This document shows, one piece after another, positions 40,498-48,559 of a DNA stretch of 64,000 nucleotides. The notes under the pieces were generated by a model. That model saw nothing but the letters and a program-made list of their open reading frames with translations. It had not been told where the DNA came from and did not search any database. The translations under genes were made by a program, and so were the position numbers. The first letter of the stretch is position 1; each line of letters opens with the position of its first letter. Origin of the DNA: Patescibacteria group bacterium (GTDB taxonomy: Bacteria; Patescibacteriota; Microgenomatia; UBA8517); NCBI GenBank assembly GCA_035291665.1, contig DATDRP010000003.1:212549-276548 (forward strand). Direction: 5' to 3'.

Positions 40498-42039
40498 ATG
40501 TCTCAGAGTAAAAAATCTTATTTTCTGCAAATTCTTGCCGTTGCGGCAATATCGCTTTTTGTGGTTCTCCCTACTCTTATCGGGGTATTTCACAAAATCC
40601 CAGGGAAAACTTTTACCGGCAACACGTTCTATTTTGACCCTTGGGATGTGAATGTTTATGTATCCGCCGTCAACTACTCGCAAAAATTCGGGTTTGACTT
40701 TGAAAATATGTACACCACAGAAAATTTTCCGAACAGAGTAAATTTATATCCTTTATATAGCCTGACCGGAACGCTTTTCAAAAATATAAATCCATTTCTG
40801 GTGTATTACCTACTGATTATTTCCGCAATTTATGTTTTCGTTCTTGTTGTAGGTAAAACCATAAAATTTGTAATTCCTGTTCCTTTAAATAGATTTTATT
40901 TTATTATTTTACTGTCCTTGTCGGGTGGTTTTGGATGGCTATTGTTTGGCAATATTCCGTCGGCGGACATCACCACAACGCCTTTTACTTTTCTAAACAT
41001 GCTTCAAAGGCCGCATGCAACCGCCGCAATATCTTTCTATATCGCCTCTTTGATAAGCTTCTATCGGTTTTCCCAAACCAAGGCAAAGAAATATTTAACT
41101 TTATCGATCATATCTCTTTTTGTATTTGCAATATTTTATCCATATCTTTTGTTAAGCTTTTACGCAACGATTTTTATATACAGTTTGTTTTTATATCATA
41201 CGGAAAAAAACACTCTCGGAATAAAAACCGTTTTGAAAATTTTCTTCTTAACGCTTATTCCTGCCGCTATCTACTCTTTATATATTCTGAAAGGATCTCA
41301 ATTTAAAGGAGTTCTGAGTCCTAACCTGCCAACACCGCAGATTCTATATATTTTCCTCGGCCATGGTGTTTTTTTAACGGGATTAATATACCAGATCTTC
41401 AACAAAAAAAGGTCAAATCTTTCAACTTTTCTTATCATCTGGTATCTTTCGGGGATACTTCTTTCTTATGCGCCAATCTCCTTCTCGAGATATTATTTGA
41501 GTTCGCTTTTTTTCCCTATAACTCTATTACTATACATTTCCAAAAAAGATTTATTAAAGATGATCAAAAGTATCCATCTTCGAACAACGTTGGTTGTTAT
41601 ATTTATATTTTTCGGGACGCTCACCAGTTGGGTAATTCTTTTCGTCAGAATCCTGGCTGTATCGATGTCCAGCAGATGGGCTTACCTTGATGAGTCTTAT
41701 TTTGATATTTTCAAATTTCTCAATAGAAATTCCCCGTCAGGATCCGGAGTAATGGTTACCTACCCTATATCAAACTTTATTCCGGTCTACACCTACAATA
41801 AAGTCTATCTCGGACACGGTGCGCAAACTTTTAACGCAGTTGAGAAAGATGCGTTGCAGAAAAGATTTTACGATCTGACCATTTCAGAAGATGGGTTAAA
41901 TTCAATTATAAAAAGCAATGTTCGTTACGCAGTTGTTGAAAACAATTCGGTTGATATGTATCTGAACCTTAATTCCCAAACAACAAAAATCGGAAGTGTG
42001 TATCAAAGCGGGAACTATACTTTATTGGAATTCAGATAA
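40498..42039 (+). CDS. GT-C-like polytopic membrane protein
   Basis: More than 10 TM; WD..VY, PH, RY, VYLGH. Confidence 0.6.
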   Translation: MSQSKKSYFLQILAVAAISLFVVLPTLIGVFHKIPGKTFTGNTFYFDPWDVNVYVSAVNYSQKFGFDFENMYTTENFPNRVNLYPLYSLTGTLFKNINPFLVYYLLIISAIYVFVLVVGKTIKFVIPVPLNRFYFIILLSLSGGFGWLLFGNIPSADITTTPFTFLNMLQRPHATAAISFYIASLISFYRFSQTKAKKYLTLSIISLFVFAIFYPYLLLSFYATIFIYSLFLYHTEKNTLGIKTVLKIFFLTLIPAAIYSLYILKGSQFKGVLSPNLPTPQILYIFLGHGVFLTGLIYQIFNKKRSNLSTFLIIWYLSGILLSYAPISFSRYYLSSLFFPITLLLYISKKDLLKMIKSIHLRTTLVVIFIFFGTLTSWVILFVRILAVSMSSRWAYLDESYFDIFKFLNRNSPSGSGVMVTYPISNFIPVYTYNKVYLGHGAQTFNAVEKDALQKRFYDLTISEDGLNSIIKSNVRYAVVENNSVDMYLNLNSQTTKIGSVYQSGNYTLLEFR

Positions 42040-42113
42040 AATGCGCAATCGAAAACCCTACCTCAACGCGAGTGCAACGAGCGGAGCGTCAAACGCACCA
42101 ACCGAGTTTGACT
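42040..42113. repeat. 74-bp direct repeat of the tRNA-Ser(GGA) 3' flank (43025-43098)
   Basis: AATGCGYAATCGAAAA..CCTCAACGCGAGTGCAACGA..GAGCGTCAAACGCACCARCCGAGTTTGACT in both. Confidence 0.9.
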
Positions 42114-42170
42114 ATATAGTGTTTAGTTGAATTTATTGAAACTTATTATTAAACAATTTACTATTCTAAT

Positions 42171-42281
42171 GGCATCCTCCCCCGAGTCAAACTCGGGGGT
42201 TTCCTCAAGAGGAGGATGACATATCAGAGTTCAATTCACCCTCAGATTGAAAGTCCGGGGTTCTCTTGAACGCTGTTATAG
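42171..42281. mobile_element. Gene-less IS200/IS605-like mini-element, copy E
   Basis: Close match to 6566-6678. Confidence 0.6.
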
Positions 42282-42290
42282 AATTTACTA

Positions 42291-42905
42291 CTAACTCATC
42301 TTTACTTCTAATAAGGGTTTTCCGTTATCGTCTAGGACCTTTAATATTCCTGTTTGTGTATCCAAGCTGACATCCTTGCCTTCTCCACTACTAAATACTT
42401 TGACATTTTTTATCCCTTTCTTTTTCAAGTATTCAGCTATAGCTTTATTCCAACTTTCTCGATCTCCTTCCAATTCTTGCACGTATGGATCTAAACTGCT
42501 TGTGTCACCTAAGACATAAGGTAGGGCACTTTTGGATAGGTCTGGGACTGCTTCCAATAATTGATCTATAAGTTCTTCATGTCTGTTTCCCCATAAATCC
42601 ACAGCATTTATATGGATAACAGCTCCATTTTTACCAGCATTTTCATACATAGCGATAACTCTACAGGCACCACCCCATGCCTCTAATACAGGACCATCCC
42701 TACCTATAACAAAGGTATCTGCTTTTGCGTAAAGACGGCCATTTTCTCGACTGTGTCCTTCTTGCGTTTTGCCATCTTGTAGAAATGCGGACTCCCCCCT
42801 ATTACGGTTTATTCTCCTTACAGTTTTTTCCTCTGAGTGTGTTTCCATAAGTATTTTAGTTCTAACTTCCTCAATTGTGCGGTGAGGGAGGGTCTCCTTC
42901 GTCAA
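42291..42905 (-). CDS. Hypothetical protein with CheD/CNF1-like Cys-His motif
   Basis: LEAWGGACRVIAMY...AVIHI; TTG start. Confidence 0.5.
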   Translation of the reverse strand: MTKETLPHRTIEEVRTKILMETHSEEKTVRRINRNRGESAFLQDGKTQEGHSRENGRLYAKADTFVIGRDGPVLEAWGGACRVIAMYENAGKNGAVIHINAVDLWGNRHEELIDQLLEAVPDLSKSALPYVLGDTSSLDPYVQELEGDRESWNKAIAEYLKKKGIKNVKVFSSGEGKDVSLDTQTGILKVLDDNGKPLLEVKMS

Positions 42906-42980
42906 GACTTCGAAGACTAAGGATTCTCAAGTTTTAGTATTCTAATCAAAGCAGCCTGCCGTCCCGTAGCATTGGCGTAG

Positions 42981-43003
42981 GGCGGTGAGGGAGGGATTCG
43001 AAC
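42981..43003 (-). repeat. 23-bp exact duplicate of the tRNA-Ser(GGA) 3' end
   Basis: GGCGGTGAGGGAGGGATTCGAAC equals 43100-43122. Confidence 0.9.
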
Positions 43004-43101
43004 GCACAATTTGCAACACCTTACAATGCGTAATCGAAAAACCTGCCTCAACGCGAGTGCAACGACCAGAGCGTCAAACGCACCAGCCGAGTTTGACTCG
43101 G

Positions 43102-43188
43102 CGGTGAGGGAGGGATTCGAACCCTCGATGGCGTTGCCGCCATACACGCTTTCCAAGCGAGCCGATTAAACCGCTCTCGCACCTCACC
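43102..43188 (-). tRNA. tRNA-Ser(GGA)
   Basis: GGTGAGG/CCTCACC acceptor, TTGGAAA loop, long variable arm. Confidence 0.95.
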
Positions 43189-43429
43189 TCAAATCAATCT
43201 GTATTTTATCACGACTTTATAGTCAAAATACTTCAGTTTGCATAATATAAATAAAATTTTTGAATATATAATCTCTAACATAAAAATGTCAGCCAAAAGT
43301 TGATCCGCCTCTGGAGGACAAATTCAAGTTAGAGGAGTATATTCGAAATTATTATTCTTGTAGGGCTGGGTACCCAGAAAACGGAAGTTTATCGTATATA
43401 AAACGCTTAACGTTTTTGAAGCAAAAAAA

Positions 43430-43915
43430 CTAATATTCTGTTTGCTCAGCTTGTTCATCTTCTGCAAATCTTAATTTCCCTTTTCTTTCTTTGAACCAGC
43501 TTTTAAACATCTTACCGGCATCCCGCAGTATTTGGACTTCTCTTTTAAGGTTCAATTTTTTGGAGGCTTTTGTATTCTCGAGCCACTCCGATTCGGAAAA
43601 CCCAATACTTTCTCCGGAATCCGCACGGTGCAGCATAAGATAGAAAATCTGCTTTTGATTGATTACTTTATCTCCCTTTTTAACGGTAGAATTAATTCTT
43701 CCAACCTCTTCCAGAACTTTTGCCCGCATACTACCCTGTTCACCCATGGTTCGAATGACTGCACGGACTGAAGATTCAGTCTTTCGTACCACGACTTTCG
43801 GAAGTTCCCAGCCGTTATTTTCAGCATTTTTTACGATTAACCATAAAAACTTTCCGTTAAGAACCTTAACAACGACCGCGCCTCCAATAAGCAGAATGTT
43901 TTTAAACATATTCAA
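43430..43915 (-). CDS. Divergent NUDIX-fold protein
   Basis: GGAVV, WELPK..ESSVRAVIR..GEQG. Confidence 0.7.
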   Translation of the reverse strand: MNMFKNILLIGGAVVVKVLNGKFLWLIVKNAENNGWELPKVVVRKTESSVRAVIRTMGEQGSMRAKVLEEVGRINSTVKKGDKVINQKQIFYLMLHRADSGESIGFSESEWLENTKASKKLNLKREVQILRDAGKMFKSWFKERKGKLRFAEDEQAEQTEY

Positions 43916-44009
43916 ATGTGTATTATATCAGGTTTTGGAAAAATCGTATTTGTAAGAAGCTCAATTCATCACACACAACAAATCCTGGCTCGGAATCGAA
44001 AGAAGAGAG

Positions 44010-44094
44010 CGGAGGTGGTGAGATTCGAACTCACGAGACCCTTGCGAGTCGAGGTTTAGCAAACCTCTGCCATAGGCCACTAGGCGACACCTCC
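44010..44094 (-). tRNA. tRNA-Ser(GCT)
   Basis: GGAGGTG/CACCTCC acceptor, TTGCTAA loop, long variable arm. Confidence 0.95.
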
Positions 44095-44161
44095 AGATTC
44101 AATCATAGTATACAGCTAACAGATCTTTTCAGCGAAATAAAAAGTATTATATAATGGATAA

Positions 44162-44713
44162 ATGCCCGAAAGTAATTCTTCACAATCAAAAGACAAAAGT
44201 CCCCGTAGCGGAAGTGTTAACGACGGTCGAATTGAACCTGAAAAGGATCTATATTCCTGGAACGCAGCCTCTCGTCCGTACAAAAAAAGAGATCGCGATT
44301 TTTGGATCACAACAGTATTGATAACGGGAATTTCGGGGATGATACTTTTGTTTGTGGAGGGATTCATGCCCGTAATTTTGATAATTTCGATTATATTTTT
44401 GTATTACATCTTAAACTCCGTTGAACCGGAAATGATTCAGTTTAAAATTACCAACAGGGGAGTCAAAATGGCCGATAAACTTAACGCATACGATGAATTG
44501 GGACGGTATTGGTTCTCCAAGAGGTACAATAATGAAATAATTGTATTTGAAGCGTATACAATCGGTGGAAGGCTTGAAATGGTAATAAACCCAACCGACA
44601 AAGAAAAAATTAAAAAAGCACTCTCGAAATATTTAACTTTTGAAGAGGTTCCGGCTTCAAAGCTTGACCAGGCGACGGAATGGTTTTCCAAAAAGCTTCC
44701 CGGAAACTCTTGA
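44162..44713 (+). CDS. Two-TM membrane protein (DUF5673-like)
   Basis: W.A.SRPYKKR, 2 TM, FKITNRGV. Confidence 0.7.
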   Translation: MPESNSSQSKDKSPRSGSVNDGRIEPEKDLYSWNAASRPYKKRDRDFWITTVLITGISGMILLFVEGFMPVILIISIIFLYYILNSVEPEMIQFKITNRGVKMADKLNAYDELGRYWFSKRYNNEIIVFEAYTIGGRLEMVINPTDKEKIKKALSKYLTFEEVPASKLDQATEWFSKKLPGNS

Positions 44714-44765
44714 AAGCAGGATTTTCGCACTTCAAACTGGTAAAATATCAATGACTTAGCTTTTG

Positions 44766-44837
44766 GCCCCTGTAGCTCAACGGATAGAGCAGCAGTTTGC
44801 GGAACTGTAGATATCAGTTCAATTCTGATCAGGGGCA
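44766..44837 (+). tRNA. tRNA-Arg(GCG)
   Basis: GCCCCTG/CAGGGGC acceptor, GCAGT-TTGCGGA-ACTGT anticodon arm. Confidence 0.9.
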
Positions 44838-44875
44838 CTTTATTAGAAATTAGTTATTAGTGTTAAGTTAAACAA

Positions 44876-44965
44876 GGAGGTGTGCCAGAGCGGACGATCG
44901 GGCTTGTTTCGAAAACAAGTATCTCATGTTTAATGGGATCAGAGGTTCGAATCCTCTCACCTCCG
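44876..44965 (+). tRNA. tRNA-Ser(CGA)
   Basis: GGAGGTG/CACCTCC acceptor, CTTGT-TTCGAAA-ACAAG arm, long variable arm. Confidence 0.95.
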
Positions 44966-45025
44966 CTCTCTTCGCTCACTTCGGTGTAAGGGTTCGATAT
45001 TGCGAATCAAGGATTAAAACTGTGC

Positions 45026-45048
45026 AAGGCGAATCTTCTCACATCCGC
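45026..45048 (+). repeat. tRNA-Ser(CGA) 3'-end-like repeat (att-like), copy 1
   Basis: AAGGCGAATCTTCTCACATCCGC; 22/23 identical to 46181-46203. Confidence 0.85.
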
Positions 45049-45281
45049 AGATTGGAACAATTCTCGGGTTTTAAGAGTATGTCATACGACTGTTGAGTGA
45101 AGCTCCAAACAAGCTTTTTGTCCTTAACCATCACGCTCTAACCGACTTTTTCAACCGCTTTGCGTTTTGATATTAAATCACCACTTAAAATCAATTCCCG
45201 AGCTTGGAAAGCCGTAGTTATAAAATCTTCGGCTAGTTCCAACCAATAACGTTGAACATAACCCGTCATCAGTTTTTGAGC
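45039..45281 (-). pseudogene. C-terminal remnant of a putative large serine recombinase (not in ORF track)
   Basis: WLELAEDFITTAFQARELILSGDLISKRKAVEKVG*SVMVKDKKLVWSFTQQSYDILLKPENCSNLRM*; aligns with 15651-15980 and ends in the tRNA-like repeat. Confidence 0.7.
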
Positions 45282-46127
45282 CTACCTTAAACCCTCTACG
45301 AAGCGTCTATCACCATAATATCGTGCATATGTGGCAAGGCAAAGCCTCGCATAGTCAAAATATGAGGTTTGCCTTTGGAAACCCGTTGGATAGCCATTAG
45401 CTCTTACAAGGTTCATTCCGGCAGCCCAAGCGTTTCTTTCATGAAATAAGTGAATTGTTTTGTCTACTCCATGACTTCGTGCTTCTAGACGAGTGAGTGC
45501 ATATCTTGTTGCTTCAAAAGGTGGTTGTTGTTCCCGAATACCGTACGGGAGTGCGTGGGCTAATTCGTTACCATAGGTTTGCACCATTGCAACAGGTGGT
45601 AAATCCCTTCCCTTTAGTGATATGGCGGCTTTAAGTAATCGCGTATCAAGGTCGTTGTGGAATATCAATACATGACCTAACTCATGATAAGTGGCGGACA
45701 TTCTAGTCATGTTTTCCTTTAACTCATCTACTTGTAGGCCAATGACGTAAAATGGATACTCTCTTCCACTCATGAGCGGGTCATGCGCATAAAACCCGTT
45801 TGTTGTACCAGTAAATAAAACCGGTTTTCCCTTTGAAGTTGTAAGTGATAAGTTAGATTTTCTAATATTACCTTTTTTCCTAACTTGTTCTAATTTTCCC
45901 GTATAAACCTGAATATGGCTAGACATGCCAAATCGTTCGGGCATGTTATACGTTCCAACTTGAGAAAAGGTAAGCCTTGCGTTTGGCCAGACAATTTGTG
46001 CCGGGAGCGGTATATGAGCAGCTTGGTCAATATCAATTTCCGTAAAGCTACTTTCAATCCCACCTTCAATTCGTGCCTCTTGTGGACGGGGTCTTTCATA
46101 ACCACTAGTACCGCTCTCAATTCCCAT
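45282..46127 (-). CDS. HExxH metallopeptidase-like hypothetical protein
   Basis: YHELGH plus HERNAW. Confidence 0.65.
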   Translation of the reverse strand: MGIESGTSGYERPRPQEARIEGGIESSFTEIDIDQAAHIPLPAQIVWPNARLTFSQVGTYNMPERFGMSSHIQVYTGKLEQVRKKGNIRKSNLSLTTSKGKPVLFTGTTNGFYAHDPLMSGREYPFYVIGLQVDELKENMTRMSATYHELGHVLIFHNDLDTRLLKAAISLKGRDLPPVAMVQTYGNELAHALPYGIREQQPPFEATRYALTRLEARSHGVDKTIHLFHERNAWAAGMNLVRANGYPTGFQRQTSYFDYARLCLATYARYYGDRRFVEGLR

Positions 46128-46180
46128 AATCACATATTATACTATAAGCTATAATTAAATTAAATGATTTTATGCTTTGT

Positions 46181-46203
46181 AAGGCGAATCTTCTCACCTC
46201 CGC
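46181..46203 (+). repeat. tRNA-Ser(CGA) 3'-end-like repeat (att-like), copy 2
   Basis: AAGGCGAATCTTCTCACCTCCGC followed by a palindrome. Confidence 0.85.
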
Positions 46204-46254
46204 CGACTCAGACTCGGCTGGGACATTTGAAGTTTTTGTTCAGAGTGGCACAAT

Positions 46255-46935
46255 TTACGCAGCAACGGTCAATCCCCAAACTGTTTTAATACCATTTTCT
46301 TTCAGAACTTTAGCGCATTCTGAAATTGTTGAACCGGTTGTCAGGACATCATCAAATATAATTACAGGTTTTTTGTCATTCGCAAGTTTTTTGTATTTCA
46401 TATTGAATCCAAATGCACCCTTAATGTTGTGAACGCGTTCTTTCCCTTTTAATTCCGCCTGATGCTTGCCTGCCTTTTTACGAAGCAGTACATCCGGAAG
46501 CAGTTTCCATCCGAATTCCAAACTAATCGCTTTGCAAAGCTCGAGGGACTGATTATAGCCTCTCCAGTTATACCGGGAGCGGTTAAGAGGTACAACTGTA
46601 ATGTATGCTTTCTGACCCCGAAAAAGTTTCGTTCGAAGAATTGCTAGGCAATATTTCTTTCCCAACTCTTGCGAAACTTCTCTTACAAAATTATATTTCA
46701 GCCTGAGGAGTGCACTTCTTACAGCCCCATCATAACTCCAGGGGGAATAGGCAAACTCGGGAGAATGATTTGTTATGCACTTTGCATGTGTTAACCCATC
46801 AATTGATTTTTTCTTACATCTGAGGCAAAAAAGCTTTGCGGGTGGAACTTTTGACAAACATCGTGCACATAAATAATTACCTTTTATACCGCATTCAAGG
46901 CAGTTCGTAGGAAAAAGTATATCAAACACACCCAT
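46255..46935 (-). CDS. comF: ComF family protein
   Basis: Double zinc ribbon, RGYNQ, IFDDVLTTGST. Confidence 0.9.
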   Translation of the reverse strand: MGVFDILFPTNCLECGIKGNYLCARCLSKVPPAKLFCLRCKKKSIDGLTHAKCITNHSPEFAYSPWSYDGAVRSALLRLKYNFVREVSQELGKKYCLAILRTKLFRGQKAYITVVPLNRSRYNWRGYNQSLELCKAISLEFGWKLLPDVLLRKKAGKHQAELKGKERVHNIKGAFGFNMKYKKLANDKKPVIIFDDVLTTGSTISECAKVLKENGIKTVWGLTVAA

Positions 46936-47091
46936 TCATTTATAATAGAATATATCAAGGAGACAATGATATTGAGATATTTGGATACTAAAACAATTAC
47001 TAATTAATCTAATTTCTAATCAAATCCCAAACCCGAATGTCAAATGACAAAGAAACAATTCAGCAATTTAACAATATAACAATTTACTTAT

Positions 47092-47523
47092 ATGGTAATT
47101 TATAACAAAAAAGCAAAATTTAACTATAAACTGTTTGAAACTTTTGAGGCAGGGATAGTCCTTTCCGGCTCAGAAGCCAAGTCAATTCGGACACATCGGA
47201 TCGATTTGTCCAATTCGTATGCAAAAATCATACAAAATGAAGTCTTTTTGATTAATGCAAATGTCCCGATACCCGGAAAGAAGGATTACGATTCAACGAG
47301 AACCCGAAAATTGCTTCTTCATACACGCGAAATTACGTCAATACAATCGAAGATCAAGGCTAATAAATTGACTCTGGTACCAGTTAAATTGTATAATACT
47401 GGACATCTTTTTAAGCTTCAGCTTGCGTTAGCTAAGGCTAAACGTAAGTTTGAAAAGAAAGATAGTATCAAAAAAAAGGATATTGAGAGGGAAATTTCCT
47501 CTCAGTATAAGAGTTCAGTCTAA
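47092..47523 (+). CDS. smpB: SsrA-binding protein
   Basis: NKKAKFNY..EAGIVLSGSEAKS..RTRKLLLH. Confidence 0.97.
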   Translation: MVIYNKKAKFNYKLFETFEAGIVLSGSEAKSIRTHRIDLSNSYAKIIQNEVFLINANVPIPGKKDYDSTRTRKLLLHTREITSIQSKIKANKLTLVPVKLYNTGHLFKLQLALAKAKRKFEKKDSIKKKDIEREISSQYKSSV

Positions 47524-47576
47524 GCCTAAGGTGTGTAAAATTTCCTTAGACTTATACCTAAACTTAGACTTTTTTT

Positions 47577-47974
47577 GGGGACGACCGGTTTCGACGGGAA
47601 AGCACCTTAAAAAACTGCAAGCCGAGTTTAATTCACACTCGCTAATAATGGATTAACAAATAAACGCTGATAACGAAAGTTACAGTCCAGAAGCAATAGC
47701 TTCAACTTTGCTCGGTACTAACCAAGCCAATTGGGCATTTGCTTAAACACTGGTGTCGTTTGAAAGGTTCTCAATCGTTTCAAAACGGCATAAACCTATT
47801 GAGATAAGCCAACAGCCGTTGACTGCAAGCTGTAGGTCGAAAAATATTCAGTCTTACTTGAAAGAAGGTCGTTAGTAATCTAACTTTCAAGAAAATATAA
47901 AAATACTAACTAAGCTTGTAAGAAAAGTTTTTTATTTACTTTTTCGGACGAGGGTTCGATTCCCTCCGTCTCCA
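47577..47974 (+). ncRNA. ssrA: tmRNA
   Basis: GGGGACG..GGTTTCGACGGG 5' end, GGGTTCGATTCCCTCCGTCTCCA 3' end, tag frame 47666-47746, downstream of smpB. Confidence 0.95.
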
Positions 47975-47978
47975 CATA

Positions 47979-48012
47979 TAAAAATCCAGGTATTGCTACC
48001 TGGATTTTTTTA
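47979..48012 (+). terminator. Rho-independent terminator after ssrA
   Basis: AAAATCCAGGTA-TTGC-TACCTGGATTTTTTT. Confidence 0.85.
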
Positions 48013-48126
48013 TGCTGAAAACCAAAGGAGGGATGAGAATTTATTCGCTCACTAGATTTGCGGCTTTGAAATCTTTAGATGAAAAATAAAGCAAACCTAG
48101 TGATATGAAATTTGTCTGAATTTCAT

Positions 48127-48145
48127 ATTCCCTCCGTCTCCACCA
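48127..48145 (+). repeat. Duplicate of the tmRNA 3' end, ending in CCA
   Basis: ATTCCCTCCGTCTCCAC equals 47959-47975. Confidence 0.9.
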
Positions 48146-48239
48146 AGTCGAACTTGGTTTCGCCGAGTCAAAGCGAAAGCAAGGTTGACGCAGGTAGTCG
48201 AGTTTGACTCGACACCTTCTTTTTGTATATATTTTGTTC

Positions 48240-48524
48240 ATGAACAAAACGTCAGACGTTTTGTTAAAATTCTACGTTTATACACTTCTCTCACTAAAGG
48301 ATAAAAAATTTTATACTGGTTACACTACCGACTTGAAAATTCGGCTTACTCAACATTCAAAAGGTTTGGTCAAGTCCACAAAGTTAAGAAGGCCTTTCAA
48401 ACTAATTCATTACGAATATTTTATAAACGAGGAAGATGCAATGTCCCGAGAGCGCTTTCTAAAAAGTGGTTTTGGAAGAAAACAATTAAAAAACGCATTA
48501 AAGAGAACTTTGAGAAATATTTAA
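48240..48524 (+). CDS. Stand-alone GIY-YIG nuclease
   Basis: FYVYTL..FYTGYT..R..QH..RRPFKL..RERFLKSG. Confidence 0.9.
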   Translation: MNKTSDVLLKFYVYTLLSLKDKKFYTGYTTDLKIRLTQHSKGLVKSTKLRRPFKLIHYEYFINEEDAMSRERFLKSGFGRKQLKNALKRTLRNI

Positions 48525-48559
48525 AATCCAGTTCCGGATTTGCTTTCAGAAACAAACAC

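Noticed and set aside
42917-43156. 79-aa ORF (also ORFs at 43918, 47450, 48041, 18673, 11377)
   Set aside because: They overlap tRNA, tmRNA or repeat elements and have no protein signature.
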